A stretch of 44,648 nt of DNA from positions 131,908,170 through 131,952,817 of the forward strand of contig NC_068983.1 of assembly GCF_001194135.2 (NCBI RefSeq). The letters are read 5' to 3'. Shown in pieces: positions 1 through 11,205 of the stretch (positions within the stretch are counted from its first letter, which is position 1; every line of letters begins with the position of its first letter). The translations under genes were made by a program, and so were the position numbers. The stretch is from Octopus bimaculoides (lineage: Eukaryota). The notes beneath the pieces were generated by a model, which was given only the letters and a program-made list of their open reading frames with translations, was not told where the DNA came from and searched no databases.

Positions 1-357
1 AGGTATTTGTAGCTCTCCGCTGGTTCTAACTCTTTTATGACATTTTGCTGGTCAAGGTTCACATTAGATGTATTTGTCATTTTTCCTTTGATAAAGGTAG
101 CTTTTGCACATTTATCAAGGCCAAATTGCATCCTGATGTCATCACTGAATTGTTTAACAATCGCTAGTAGGCCTTTGAGTTGTTGGTCATTTTTTGCAAA
201 GAGCTTTAAATCATCCATGTAAATGAGATGATTTATATTTTTATCAAATATTTTATAACCATACTGTGCATCATTGAGCAATTTTGAGAGCGGTATTAGG
301 GCTAGACAGAAGAGGAGTGGTGATAGTGAGTCACCTTGGAAAATGCCACATATTGAC
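1..357 (-). mobile_element. R4/Dong-clade non-LTR retrotransposon, reverse transcriptase fragment (runs off the left edge)
   Basis: Manual minus-strand translation 350->3 gives 116 stop-free codons: CGIFQGDSLSPLLFCLALIPLSKLL...HLIYMDDLKLFAKN...MQFGLDKCAKA...ESYKY. GIFQGDSLSPLLF, YMDD and FGLDKC are typical of RLE-type (R4/Dong) RTs. Confidence 0.93.
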
Positions 358-360
358 AAC

Positions 361-660
361 ACAAGATCAAAGCTTGCTTAAAAACGCTACCAAGTTAACA
401 TTCTTCAAAATTGTTCTGACCCTAAATGCAGATTCTGCGATACATTTGACGAAACAATAGACTATCTCGTCTCGGGATGTTCTGTGACGACACCAAAGAA
501 GTACGATAATCGACATGATAGTTTAAGGCAGTATTTACAGTGGAAAATATGTAAACACTACAAAATCAGCACTCTTGCTTACTGGTATGAAGATCATCTT
601 GAGGTTGAAGGTAAGAATCTCACTATCCTGTGGGATTTTCCAGTCAATGTTGAATGTTGG
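361..660 (+). mobile_element. R4/Dong-clade relic: CCHC zinc-knuckle region and start of the restriction-like endonuclease
   Basis: Plus-strand translation QDQSL (frameshift) YQVNILQNCSDPKCRFCDTFDETIDYLVSGCSVTTPKKYDNRHDSLRQYLQWKICKHY...LTILWDF. It shows C-x2-C...C, RHD and LWDF motifs; similarity is lost after WDF. Confidence 0.85.
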
Positions 661-1180
661 ACTAAGAAGAAACGTACACATAAATTAGTAGAGAGGAATT
701 AAATGATGGCTATCAGTAAGTAGTACACTGAATATAAGACAATAAATTTGAGACTAGAGGTGTTTAGTCATGTTTCCATCCTCGAGAAACCTCTGTGCAC
801 ACAATGAGATTTCTGTTGAACAAGTAACACAGAAACGCTTCTTTCTATGAAAAATAAACTTATAATGTATCGTAGATGCAAATTGTAGTATAATTGATCA
901 TAAAAAATCGAGCCACCTGGGACTAAACAATTTTATTCGAAACCAAGAATCACTTGCCAATTAATTAGAATCTCCGAAGACGCAATAATTGAGAAAAAAG
1001 AATAAAACGTTAATTTTACAAATTCACTTTAAATCATTGATACTGGTTTGATTGCTTATCAGTGTTTTAATGTTGTTGTCTTTTTCTATTTTTTGCCACA
1101 TGATCTGAGGTTATTATAACATTTCCAACATTATGGTGTATAAAGCAGAATTGTAAGGAAGCAAATTATGTCTTTGTGCA

Positions 1181-1214
1181 AATAATAATAATAATAATAA
1201 TCATAATAATAATA
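1181..1214. repeat. (AAT)n microsatellite, left flank of the R4 fragment
   Basis: Direct reading; one AAT->CAT interruption. Confidence 0.95.
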
Positions 1215-1539
1215 GGAAATAGAGGTAACTAATACAAAGACCTGGAAATAGAGGTAACTCGAATGTGGAGTCTAAAAACAGAAACAATTCCTATTATAGT
1301 AAGTGCCTTAGGTATAATAAAAAAATATTCAGACAAATACATAACAAAAACACCAGGACTTACAAATATATATAACATACAGAAAATTGCACTACTGAGC
1401 ACAGCACACATCCTACGCAAAACACTTTCAATACAGTAACCATAAGAGCACCATAGCCAACCACAGCACATACCCAAGGCGCACAGAGCTGCGCTCGGTA
1501 GTGAAGTGAAAGCACGTTATAAAAATAAAACTACTGAAC

Positions 1540-1540
<1 letters not shown>
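1215..1540 (+). mobile_element. 5'-truncated R4/Dong-clade element 3' end (ORF C-terminus plus 3'UTR) inserted in (AAT)n
   Basis: 1233-1439 reads YKDLEIEVTRMWSLKTETIPIIVSALGIIKKYSDKYITKTPGLTNIYNIQKIALLSTAHILRKTLSIQ*, the typical R4 C-terminus. About 100 bp of 3'UTR follow, and (AAT)n lies on both sides. Confidence 0.9.

Positions 1541-1608
<68 letters not shown>
1540..1608. repeat. (AAT)n microsatellite / retrotransposon tail
   Basis: Perfect AAT run of about 23 units directly after the R4 3'UTR. Confidence 0.97.
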
Positions 1609-1609
<1 letters not shown>

Positions 1610-2690
1610 GCAGAAAACAAGGATTAAAAGTCTAACAAACCACAGGAGTGGAACAGTGGTAGCTTACATGATAAGAGACATAAAGATGGTTTGGAAGAAG
1701 ACAATAAAATGATAGTGAAACGAAAGATGCGCAAAAGGTAATCAATGACAGAATAAAGGCAAAGCTACAGGAGAACGATTGCAATATTACTTACAATCTT
1801 AAAACGGTTGACCGTTGGAATTTGAACCAAGAAACGAAAAATGTGAATGAAATTATGAAATACATCAGAACAAAAGAACATCACAGGAACAATGAATTTG
1901 ATCAAGGGAACAATGGGGGTGAGAAAAGAAGAGAACAGATCCATGGTAACAAAGAAGGATATAGGCGGGGTTAGATATGCTCTCGAAGGAGATTTCTGTG
2001 CTACACCAGAAAGAGAACGTGGGGCTTAGAAGCGAACAAAAATACAGGACAATGAACAGGAAATATTATATTGATAGAAAGAGCCTGAGGAAGTGAAACA
2101 GCGCCACGTTGCAAAGAAAACAAAGGTGGTAAGAAACGACCAAAGAATGCAGGATTAACAGCAGAATAGGTTATTCAGAGTGGATCAGAATAAATTCTAC
2201 AAAAAAATAAATGGAGAGTGTACAGATGAAAGTTGATACCTGATAACATTGAAAGTTGAAGGTTTGGAGTGACATCTGGAGCAAAGACAAGGAGCACAAG
2301 AAGAATGCTGAATGGTTGCCAGAACTGAAGCAAACAGCATTCTGTCCAAAACAGAATATTCAAGAAGGAAGGCTGAACGATAGATAGATACAACCCTCTT
2401 AAGTACGAAATAGGAGGGCTATGGAAAATGAAGAAGGTGAAGATAGTGCCAGTTATTGTTGGGTCCTTGGGTACAGTATCAGAAGGCATCAAAATAAATA
2501 TGAAGGAAATTGGAATATAGTATCCAGTTACAAAATGTTTGCTTCCTTGGCACGGCCTATATAATCAGAAAAGTATAAGATAGCTTAAAAGAAACGGATA
2601 GCATGGTACAGTAGGCACCAGGTAGTAAGCTCGCCACGCATGGAGGACCTCCAAGGGCTCCAACAAAGCCTATGATAAAAGGAATAATAA
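1610..2690 (+). mobile_element. Internally deleted, decayed R4/Dong-clade element (pre-RT region fused to the ORF C-terminus)
   Basis: 2159-2218 QQNRLFRVDQNKFYKKINGE and about 2265-2333 WSDIWSKDKEHKKNAEWLPELKQ (pre-RT linker). Within about 60 bp come LKYEIGGLWKMKKVKIVPVIVGSLGTVSEG...LQNVCFLGTAYIIRKV* (C-terminus), a 3'UTR and an AAT-rich tail. Confidence 0.8.
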
Positions 2691-2732
2691 TGCTTATATT
2701 AATAATAAGTAGAATTATAATGATAATATCTT

Positions 2733-2733
<1 letters not shown>

Positions 2734-2763
<30 letters not shown>

Positions 2764-2832
2764 AAGAAGAAGAAGAAGAAGAAAAAGAAGAAGAAGAAGA
2801 AGAAGAAGAAGAAGAAGAAGAAGAAGAAGAAG
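2734..2832. repeat. (AAG)n microsatellite
   Basis: About 33 units with one AAA interruption near 2783; source of the poly-R/L/S pseudo-ORFs. Confidence 0.97.
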
Positions 2833-4682
2833 ACGAGAGGGGACGTTTAACAGAGAAACATCGGGGTCGTTTAACTTGTGAGAGCGGTAAAACACTCTGA
2901 AATGTATCCAGAAACATTGGGAATAATGACAACACATGAAGCCAAAAATAACTGACAAAATGTTGGACTATACTCGGATATATCCGAGCATGTATTTCTC
3001 ATTGAAATTTATTTCTGTTTCCCAAATGAAATTATTTATTTTAATTGTATACCATATCCATTGCTCGCACAGCACATGTAAACACGCTCGCCACATTACG
3101 ATCCCATCAACACCAGATTATATACGTCCCAAAATACCTTGCACAAAACGATTAAGCAATACCAGTATTATTCAACCCAAGAATAATAATTGGGAAATAC
3201 GTACTTTAAACTTGTTACACAAAAAGTACGAAAAACTACGCGTGCAAACTATTTAATACCAGCAATGATCCGACTGGTACCCTACGAAAATGATAACCGT
3301 CAAAATAAAGGGCCGGACGTTATTCCTTATGCCCCGCAAATAAAATCAAAAAAGCATAAATGGACACGTGAAGTATATATTTCAATCCTACACGCTTATT
3401 GTACAGCTGTGCTCTAACAAAAGAACGAAAACAGAACAGCACATACATATAAAATCTGGATGTAAAATAACTTAGATAAAGACTTGGATACATCAATGAA
3501 CCCTAATAAACTAGCTAACATACGAAGATATAGTTTCAAAACCAAAAAATATCAGAAATAGAAACAGAACGCTTTAAAGGAAAAACACACCAGGAAAATG
3601 TAGATAGTAACCATCCAGCAATGCCCAGTAGTATCATAAAGCACTGGGGTTGTAAAACACGAAGACATTTCCAACAAAAGCGAAGTAAACAACGAAAGGC
3701 AACAAATCCAGACCGTAGGAATGTATAATGATGAGCAAAGTGCACCAAACCAGAAGACCACAGACAAAAATATGAAGAGGAGGGAATACGAAACAAATCT
3801 AAAACCTGGAAACAGTGAAGGTGAACCTAATGATTATGATACTCTAAATATGAGCATAGTAAAAGAACTGAAAGCCACAGATCTTAGTATGGACCACCGA
3901 TTTTACCTTCCAAAAATTGATATTATAACAACATCAATAATAAATTGTGACTTGTCGTCACAGAACTAATAGCCACAGAGGCAAATGTCAATGTGACAAG
4001 GTTAAATGATATAATATAAAAAAACAGTCACAAAAGAAGCTGGATACTCAGTCAAATCCATCCAAACAGGAGTATCACCACCTAAACAAACCCTGTAGAT
4101 AAATAATATCCAGAAAAAATAGAAAACAACAGAAAAGATCTGTCAAACCTTAACGAAACAAATAGACCATCAACACTACTAAGCAACAAGAAGAGAACAG
4201 AAATACTACGTAAATACAGAGAAAGGCATACATGATGTAGTAGAACATTTAAAGCGAGATATCCTTACCAAAGCACAAGTAATCCACTGGCATGAGAAAT
4301 GCCAACGTCTCTTTAAACAAAAGAAACAGTTCAACTCCAACCCCAAAAGATTGTAACACGAATCAATGCAGCACCAACAGCAGAAAGAATAGAAGAATTC
4401 TGGAAAGAAATATGGTCGGCGAAGGAATAACCTCAGAAATGGTCGATCAAAACAACGAACTCAGCACTTGAACAACTCTGAACCCCTATGACAACAAGAA
4501 AGGTCACCCAGGCACTGCAAAATCTAAGCAACAGGAAGTCACCCAGGTACGATATGATACCCAGCTTCTGGTAAAAAATATCTCAAAGGAATTCATAAAA
4601 AGCTGGTTGAGAAATTTAATGACATACTAGCAGAGCCAGAGACAATACTTGAATGGCTCAGGGAAGGGAAAACTCTTAATTC
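2833..4682 (+). mobile_element. 5' half of a decayed R4/Dong-clade element (putative 5'UTR, Myb-like N-terminus, start of RT), 3' part missing
   Basis: KHKWTREVYISILHAYC (from 3352), MNPNKLANIRRY (3496-3531), KQFNSNPKR and PTAERIEEFWKEIWS (about 4320-4417), then NLSNRKSPRYDMIPSFW...KLVEKFNDILAEPETILEWLRKGK, matching the RT N-terminal WKSPG.D.I..FW / WL..G.T.LIPK motifs. Many stops and frameshifts. The 5' boundary is inferred. Confidence 0.8.
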
Positions 4683-4854
4683 GTGTGTATACTACACGTC
4701 TGTACTCTAGAAAACTTTTACGCATGCGCAGGAATGTCGTCACTTCTCACCGAATGTATTTTGTCCCTGCGGCATTAGTTTTGGAAGGAAAAAATAAAAG
4801 TCAAATCGTTTATGAACGCACCCCGCACATTTTGGAACACCTGTTATATGTGAG

Positions 4855-4970
4855 TTTTATGCATGTGTTTGTGTATATATGTATGTATATATGTGTTTGC
4901 GTATGTATTTATTTATGTATGTATGTATGTTTGTATGTATGTAATGTATGTATGTATGTATGTATGAATT
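4855..4970. repeat. (TATG)n/(TG)n compound microsatellite
   Basis: Direct reading. Confidence 0.9.
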
Positions 4971-5607
4971 GCATGTGAAGTATGCATGTGTCTAAGTATG
5001 TGATGTAGGCATGATATAATTGTCGATACTATAATACCTGTCACCGTTTCCTATCAGTCATACATTCAACGGTATATTGACGCTTACTTAAAACGTACTG
5101 AGGGTTAAATAAATATAGTTATATCTATACATAAATACACAAACACACATATACAGAAATGTATACAACGTAATTTAACATAAGCCTTTCAATGCGATTC
5201 AGTGTGACATCGAGATTAAACGTCAATTGAAAGTCAGATACCCAATGCACAATATGTTCAATATATGGAGATGTAAATGGTATTAGATACAGAAAGATAG
5301 AAACATATTAAAGATGGAAAGAGTAGCACAGAGTTTGAGTAAGGGAATATAGAGGAGAGAGGGTCCTGCAAAAAATTGATGCATGTGTCTGAATGTATGT
5401 AAAATCATAAGCGAAAAAGACATAAACATGTGAGCCAGGATTTAACGATAGGTGTTATCAATCAGCGTCTTTCTGAGGCGACACACACGTGTAAGCCCGT
5501 AGATAATTATATATATTTTTTACATTATACACACATACACACAGACATACAAAAACACACGCTTATATATGTGTTATATATATACGTATGTGTAGTATAT
5601 TAATCTG

Positions 5608-5975
5608 AAGGCGTATGGCTCAGTGTTTAGAGTGTCGAGTTTACGATCGTGAGGTTGTGAGTTGGTTTTCCGGACCGAGCTGTGTGTCGTGTTGTGTTCT
5701 TGTGCAAGACACTTTATTTCACGTTGCTCAAATTCACTCCGCTGTAGGAAAAAATTTCGACATCATTGGCGCCAAGCTATATCGGCCTGGGCTTTTCCCT
5801 TTGATAACATCGGTGACTTGGATAGATGAAGCTGGTATGTATGGGCGACTGATGGTCTTCTATAAGAACAACCCTAGGTTATGCGCTCGCCAGTGAGGCG
5901 GCTTTCGCCCAAGCTTGTACCCCATAGGAGAACCTTAGGCGCACCCATGGTCATTCGCAACCATCGAAGTCGAGA
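5608..5975 (+). mobile_element. tRNA-derived SINE (family B)
   Basis: Head GGCGTATGGCTCAGTG (A-box-like), decayed B-box GAGTTGGTTTTCC, core TTGTGCAAGACACTTTATTTCACGTTGCTC shared with the copies at 14445 and 29150. Confidence 0.75.
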
Positions 5976-6044
5976 GTATAACTATATCATACACACACAC
6001 ACACACATATATAAATATGTGTTTGTGTGTGTGTGTGTGTGTGT

Positions 6045-6613
6045 NNNNNNNNNNNNNNNNNNNNNNNNNNNNNNNNNNNNNNNNNNNNNNNNNNNNNNNN
6101 NNNNNNNNNNNNNNNNNNNNNNNNNNNNNNNNNNNNNNNNNNNNNNNNNNNNNNNNNNNNNNNNNNNNNNNNNNNNNNNNNNNNNNNNNNNNNNNNNNNN
6201 NNNNNNNNNNNNNNNNNNNNNNNNNNNNNNNNNNNNNNNNNNNNNNNNNNNNNNNNNNNNNNNNNNNNNNNNNNNNNNNNNNNNNNNNNNNNNNNNNNNN
6301 NNNNNNNNNNNNNNNNNNNNNNNNNNNNNNNNNNNNNNNNNNNNNNNNNNNNNNNNNNNNNNNNNNNNNNNNNNNNNNNNNNNNNNNNNNNNNNNNNNNN
6401 NNNNNNNNNNNNNNNNNNNNNNNNNNNNNNNNNNNNNNNNNNNNNNNNNNNNNNNNNNNNNNNNNNNNNNNNNNNNNNNNNNNNNNNNNNNNNNNNNNNN
6501 NNNNNNNNNNNNNNNNNNNNNNNNNNNNNNNNNNNNNNNNNNNNNNNNNNNNNNNNNNNNNNNNNNNNNNNNNNNNNNNNNNNNNNNNNNNNNNNNNNNN
6601 NNNNNNNNNNNNN
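6045..6613. other. Assembly gap (N run) between (GT)n and (TA)n
   Basis: N characters. Other gaps: 8329-8338, 8842-9009, 13910-13919, 28180-29116, 32380-32389, 37344-37773, 38839-39491, 40215-40224, 40585-40676. Confidence 1.
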
Positions 6614-6665
<52 letters not shown>

Positions 6666-7424
6666 TTAGATATATACATGCATTTATATAAATGTATGTA
6701 TGTGTGATGTATATACATTCCTCGTGGGAACAGTTATATCATGATTATTAGAATTCTCTAATGCCAAATAATTTTGCTTCGTCATGCGCAGCAGAATGTG
6801 ATGGGAAATATATGGCCGGATGATAAAATTCTATGAGACTAACTTAATAATATATACTATCTCCTTCATATTTATACATGAAAAACGGCACACGTACATG
6901 CGCGTATACATGGACAATTGTGATGTGAAACAGATAGGCAGGACGAATAAGTATGAAAGAGACTGTCAGAATGATAATGTGAAAGTGATAATGAAATAGG
7001 AAGGTGACATGCACTGTCAAATAGCAAGGTGGTGAGAGATAAATAGTTTGGAAGATATACATACATACATACATACATACTTACATACATACATGCATAA
7101 AACCTTCCCGACGTTTATGATCTAAGTGTATCTGCAAGGTCTGGACATGCAACAATCTACATGACAATACATAAATGATATAGAACATAGAAATTTGCTC
7201 ATGCAATGTAAATACTGCATATATACAAAAAAAAAAAATAATAATAAATAAAGCAACCTTTTTGGTGTTGTTTAAATACCAATGAAGTTGTCTTGGATCT
7301 AGGTTAGAATCCGGCTCTTTCCCAATTGGAAAGATATCCTGAAATAAAACTGAAAAATAACATATATACCTACGTGCATGCAGGTGAATATACATGCCAA
7401 CAAACATACATAAAAGTGTGTGTG

Positions 7425-7426
7425 CT

Positions 7427-7466
<40 letters not shown>

Positions 7467-7501
7467 GGTGTGTGTGTGTGTTTGAGTGTGTCTGTGTGTC
7501 T

Positions 7502-7532
<31 letters not shown>

Positions 7533-7547
7533 CGTGCGTGTGTGTGT
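7425..7547. repeat. (TA)n-(TG)n microsatellite
   Basis: Direct reading. Confidence 0.95.
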
Positions 7548-7564
7548 ATTATCATTAAGTAAAC

Positions 7565-7596
7565 TGAGGCCACAGAATGGCAGGTTCGTTAATGTG
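7565..7596 (+). mobile_element. Isolated SINE family A head fragment
   Basis: TGAGGCCACAGAATGGCAGGTTCGTTAATGTG is nearly identical to 7896-7927, the head of the SINE downstream. Confidence 0.55.
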
Positions 7597-7895
7597 TTTA
7601 GAAAATATAAATAAATTCATTATGTGATGGATTATAATTATTTTATGTTATATATTTTATATCATGTATTGCTTAAAGTATATATACATGCATATGTGTG
7701 TGTATGTGTGTGTGTGTGTCTATAAGTCTATGTATAATTATATATATGCATGTCTGTATATATATGCATGACTTTATAATTTATGTATATAAATGTGTGC
7801 TAATATATATGCATGTGTCTCTGTGTATATCTATGCATGTATGTGTGTATGTATGTTTGTATGTATGTATGTACATATATTATTATATATTAAAA

Positions 7896-8100
7896 TGAGG
7901 CAACAGAATGGCAGGGTCGTTAGTGTGACGGGCGAAATGATTTGTGATATTTGGATGCAGCTAAGTTCTGAGTGCAAATTCTGTAGAGGTCGACTTCGAA
8001 TTTCACCCTTTAGGGGTCGATAAAGTAAGTTGATGCGATACACTTTACCCCCTCACCCAAAATCTCAGGCTTTTGTGCCTACAGACTAAAGGATTATAAC
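7896..8100 (+). mobile_element. Decayed tRNA-derived SINE (family A)
   Basis: GTTCTGAGTGCAAATTC...GAGGTCGAC...GGGGTCGATAAA core and CAAAATCTCAGGCTTTTGTGCCTA tail, homologous to the copies at 24684 and 42681. Confidence 0.8.
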
Positions 8101-8218
8101 GTTGGAAATTGATTAGTGATGATATATTAATCCACTAAATTATTGTCAGTAGGCTAACTTACACAAACATTTATTTAAATTGTATTAAAAGATAATTTTA
8201 TATTGGCTATAAGTATTT

Positions 8219-8292
8219 ATATACTTATTTCATATACTTATTTTATATACTTATTTATATACTTATTTATATACTTATTTATATAATTATTT
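8219..8292. repeat. 12-bp minisatellite (ATATACTTATTT) x6
   Basis: Six copies counted, with two single-base spacers and one substitution in the last copy. Confidence 0.92.
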
Positions 8293-8341
8293 CAATTAAA
8301 TAACCTATAAATTTTAATTGGAAGGAATNNNNNNNNNNATA

Positions 8342-8381
<40 letters not shown>

Positions 8382-10829
8382 TGTGCATGAAAGAAAAAAT
8401 AATTATACGTTAATTATTCATTTTCATTATTAACTCTATTTTTATATATTTAGGTAAATATACACTATCATATATATGATGTATCTAATGTGTACGTATC
8501 TATCTGCCTGTGTGTCTGTGCATATGTTTATGTGCGTCTGTGCATATGTATATATGTGTGTATGTGGGGGGTTGTGTCTATATGTACGCTTGTGTATGAG
8601 CGTATATGTCTATATATGTGTATGTGCATATGTGTGTGTGTGTGTGTGTGTGTATGTGTGGATCTATATATATATTTGAATTCACATACATGTTGCTTAA
8701 TGGATCGTGAATTAATTATGAAATATAAATTACCACATAAATTGACAAGAAATCAAATAAATTGATAGATACTTATAATTACTGTGCGTGTGTGTGCCTG
8801 TGTGTGTATGTATGTGAGTACGTATATATATATATATATATNNNNNNNNNNNNNNNNNNNNNNNNNNNNNNNNNNNNNNNNNNNNNNNNNNNNNNNNNNN
8901 NNNNNNNNNNNNNNNNNNNNNNNNNNNNNNNNNNNNNNNNNNNNNNNNNNNNNNNNNNNNNNNNNNNNNNNNNNNNNNNNNNNNNNNNNNNNNNNNNNNN
9001 NNNNNNNNNTATATATATGCATATATGGATAATGACAAGAACGCAATTTTCTTTGTAATCTTTAGCCATATTTATAACGTGATCCACATGTTTTTATATA
9101 ATTGAATTTTGAAGAAATTTTTTTATTGGAATCGTGCGATTAGTAAGTTTAAATTAGTATATTAATATGGATATTTATAATATTTCAGTGTATTACTGAA
9201 TAAATTTATTATTATAGTATATATTATATATAATTTTATTGTCTAGTATTAGATTAATATTTACAAATATTATAATTTATTATAAAACTATATTTGTATA
9301 TTCGTAGTTTAATTAATTTTATAAATTTGAAATTATATCATTTGTTATATCTTTCTCATACTGTACTGTGTTACTTATTCTTCCCCCTTCTCTCAGAACT
9401 GAATAACCTCTGATGCACTGAGTATTATATATGTAATAGAATGCTTTCAACTATGTATCTTTTTTCTCTCACACCAAAATATATTATTTATTTCCCCTCT
9501 CATTATCCTGACAACTTAGGAATTGCTAACACTCATACCCTTCAATATATATCCAATACATATCTTTTACCTGTTTATTTCTGCTCTCATCAGAATGCAT
9601 CTTTATACCATGCACAACGCTGGATCAGCTAGCATTCACTTTCATTTTCCCTCGGTATGGAGTACTGTAAAACAATTCCTTCCCTCTTCTTACCTTGCGG
9701 TACCTCTTAACCAATCTGTCTGATTTACCTAAAGAAAACCCGATCCAACTGGATTTAATTAGACCCTCTTACCATCCTGGACAGAATGAATCATATCGAA
9801 TATCATTGATGAGGAACATTCTCTCAAAGTCTAACCTATATTTATCCGATGTTGGAATATCCAGCTTATAGAGTCTTCATTGTATACAATGCTCCATTAG
9901 CTGAGATATCCTAGAAACAGCTGTTAGACACTGTTACCAGTTTGGACTATTTTTACCATTCGCTATGTAGCTAAATTTTCGGATTGAATTAAATAAAATC
10001 AAATATCTGTGTCCTGCCTTGACTAATTGTTTCCCTTTCCTCACTACTTTAAACTACATATACATATAAATAGAAAGAGAGAGAAAGAGAGAGAGAGAAA
10101 GAAAGAGAATGAGCGAGAGAAAGAGAGAGAAAAGGAAATAGAGAATGAGAGGGAGATAGAATGTTTGTGATTTGTTATAAAATTCATTTTATAAAATGAT
10201 CCTTTTAATACTAAACGACCAACTGTCTCGGCTGGAAAGCCTCCATCATATAAATTTTCCAAGTGAGCTGATCCAACCAACAATAAATTCTTTTCTGAGT
10301 CAGTAATATTTAGCTATCCTCAGTTTTCGCTACACATTCCTCGTCTAAATGAACTCTGATGTTTTCTCCCTTTTATACAAAAATTATGCTCACAATAGTC
10401 TCTCTATTTATAGTCCAATGCCAAGACCAAAACTCAATCTCACAGATAGTGTGATTGTGGAAATGAAATTTATACACAGTTCCCTTGAATTATTTATCAA
10501 ATCGATTTGTAACGTTCTTAAGAAAAGAGAATTGTTGGAGTTAGTTTTACCGATGTTAATATATACATTTGCATGAGTGGATTTATTTGGAATTTAACGT
10601 TTATTTACATGAGATCTAATTTACTTGTTCTTTTATAACTTTCCCTTATTCAACACTAGAGAGTGATGTTATCTCGCCTGACACAAAAACCACTCAACAA
10701 TGTATGATGTCTTCTCGCATATGAAATTGTTTTCTACTCAGAAATCACTCAATATTGCCATCTTTTATATACGCCACTGTATAATTATTTATTGAACAGT
10801 CTTTCATATATATTCAGTAACTCCCATCA

Positions 10830-11010
<181 letters not shown>

Positions 11011-11014
11011 TATA

Positions 11015-11205
11015 ATAGCTTCAAATTTTGGCCCATGAGCTGCTATTTCGAGGGATGGAGTAAGTCGACCACATCGACGCCTGTATTAAACTGGTTCTTA
11101 TTTTACCGACCTCGAAGTATGAAAGGCAAAGTCGACCTACGTGGAATTTGAACTCGGAACGTGAAGAAGAATTAGCGCTGAGGAATTTGATCACCGCCTT
11201 AACAA
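11015..11205 (-). mobile_element. SINE family A, decayed
   Basis: ATGAAAGGCAAAGTCGACCTACGTGGAATTTGAACTCGGAACG is the reverse complement of the family A core; the 3' tail points into the (TAA) tract. Confidence 0.82.

Noticed and set aside
2557-2958. Poly-L/R/S ORFs, and similar ones at 10.8-11.0 and 41.3-41.9 kb
   Set aside because: Translations of microsatellites; no splice or codon evidence.
5881-6718. Long ORFs (220-390 aa) spanning N runs, here and at 8.7-9.1, 28.1-29.3, 37.3-37.8 and 38.8-39.6 kb
   Set aside because: Artefacts of translating N gaps and flanking dinucleotide repeats.
9340-10620. Compositionally distinct block that might be a LINE or Penelope relic
   Set aside because: No recognisable motif in the frames I translated; needs a library search.
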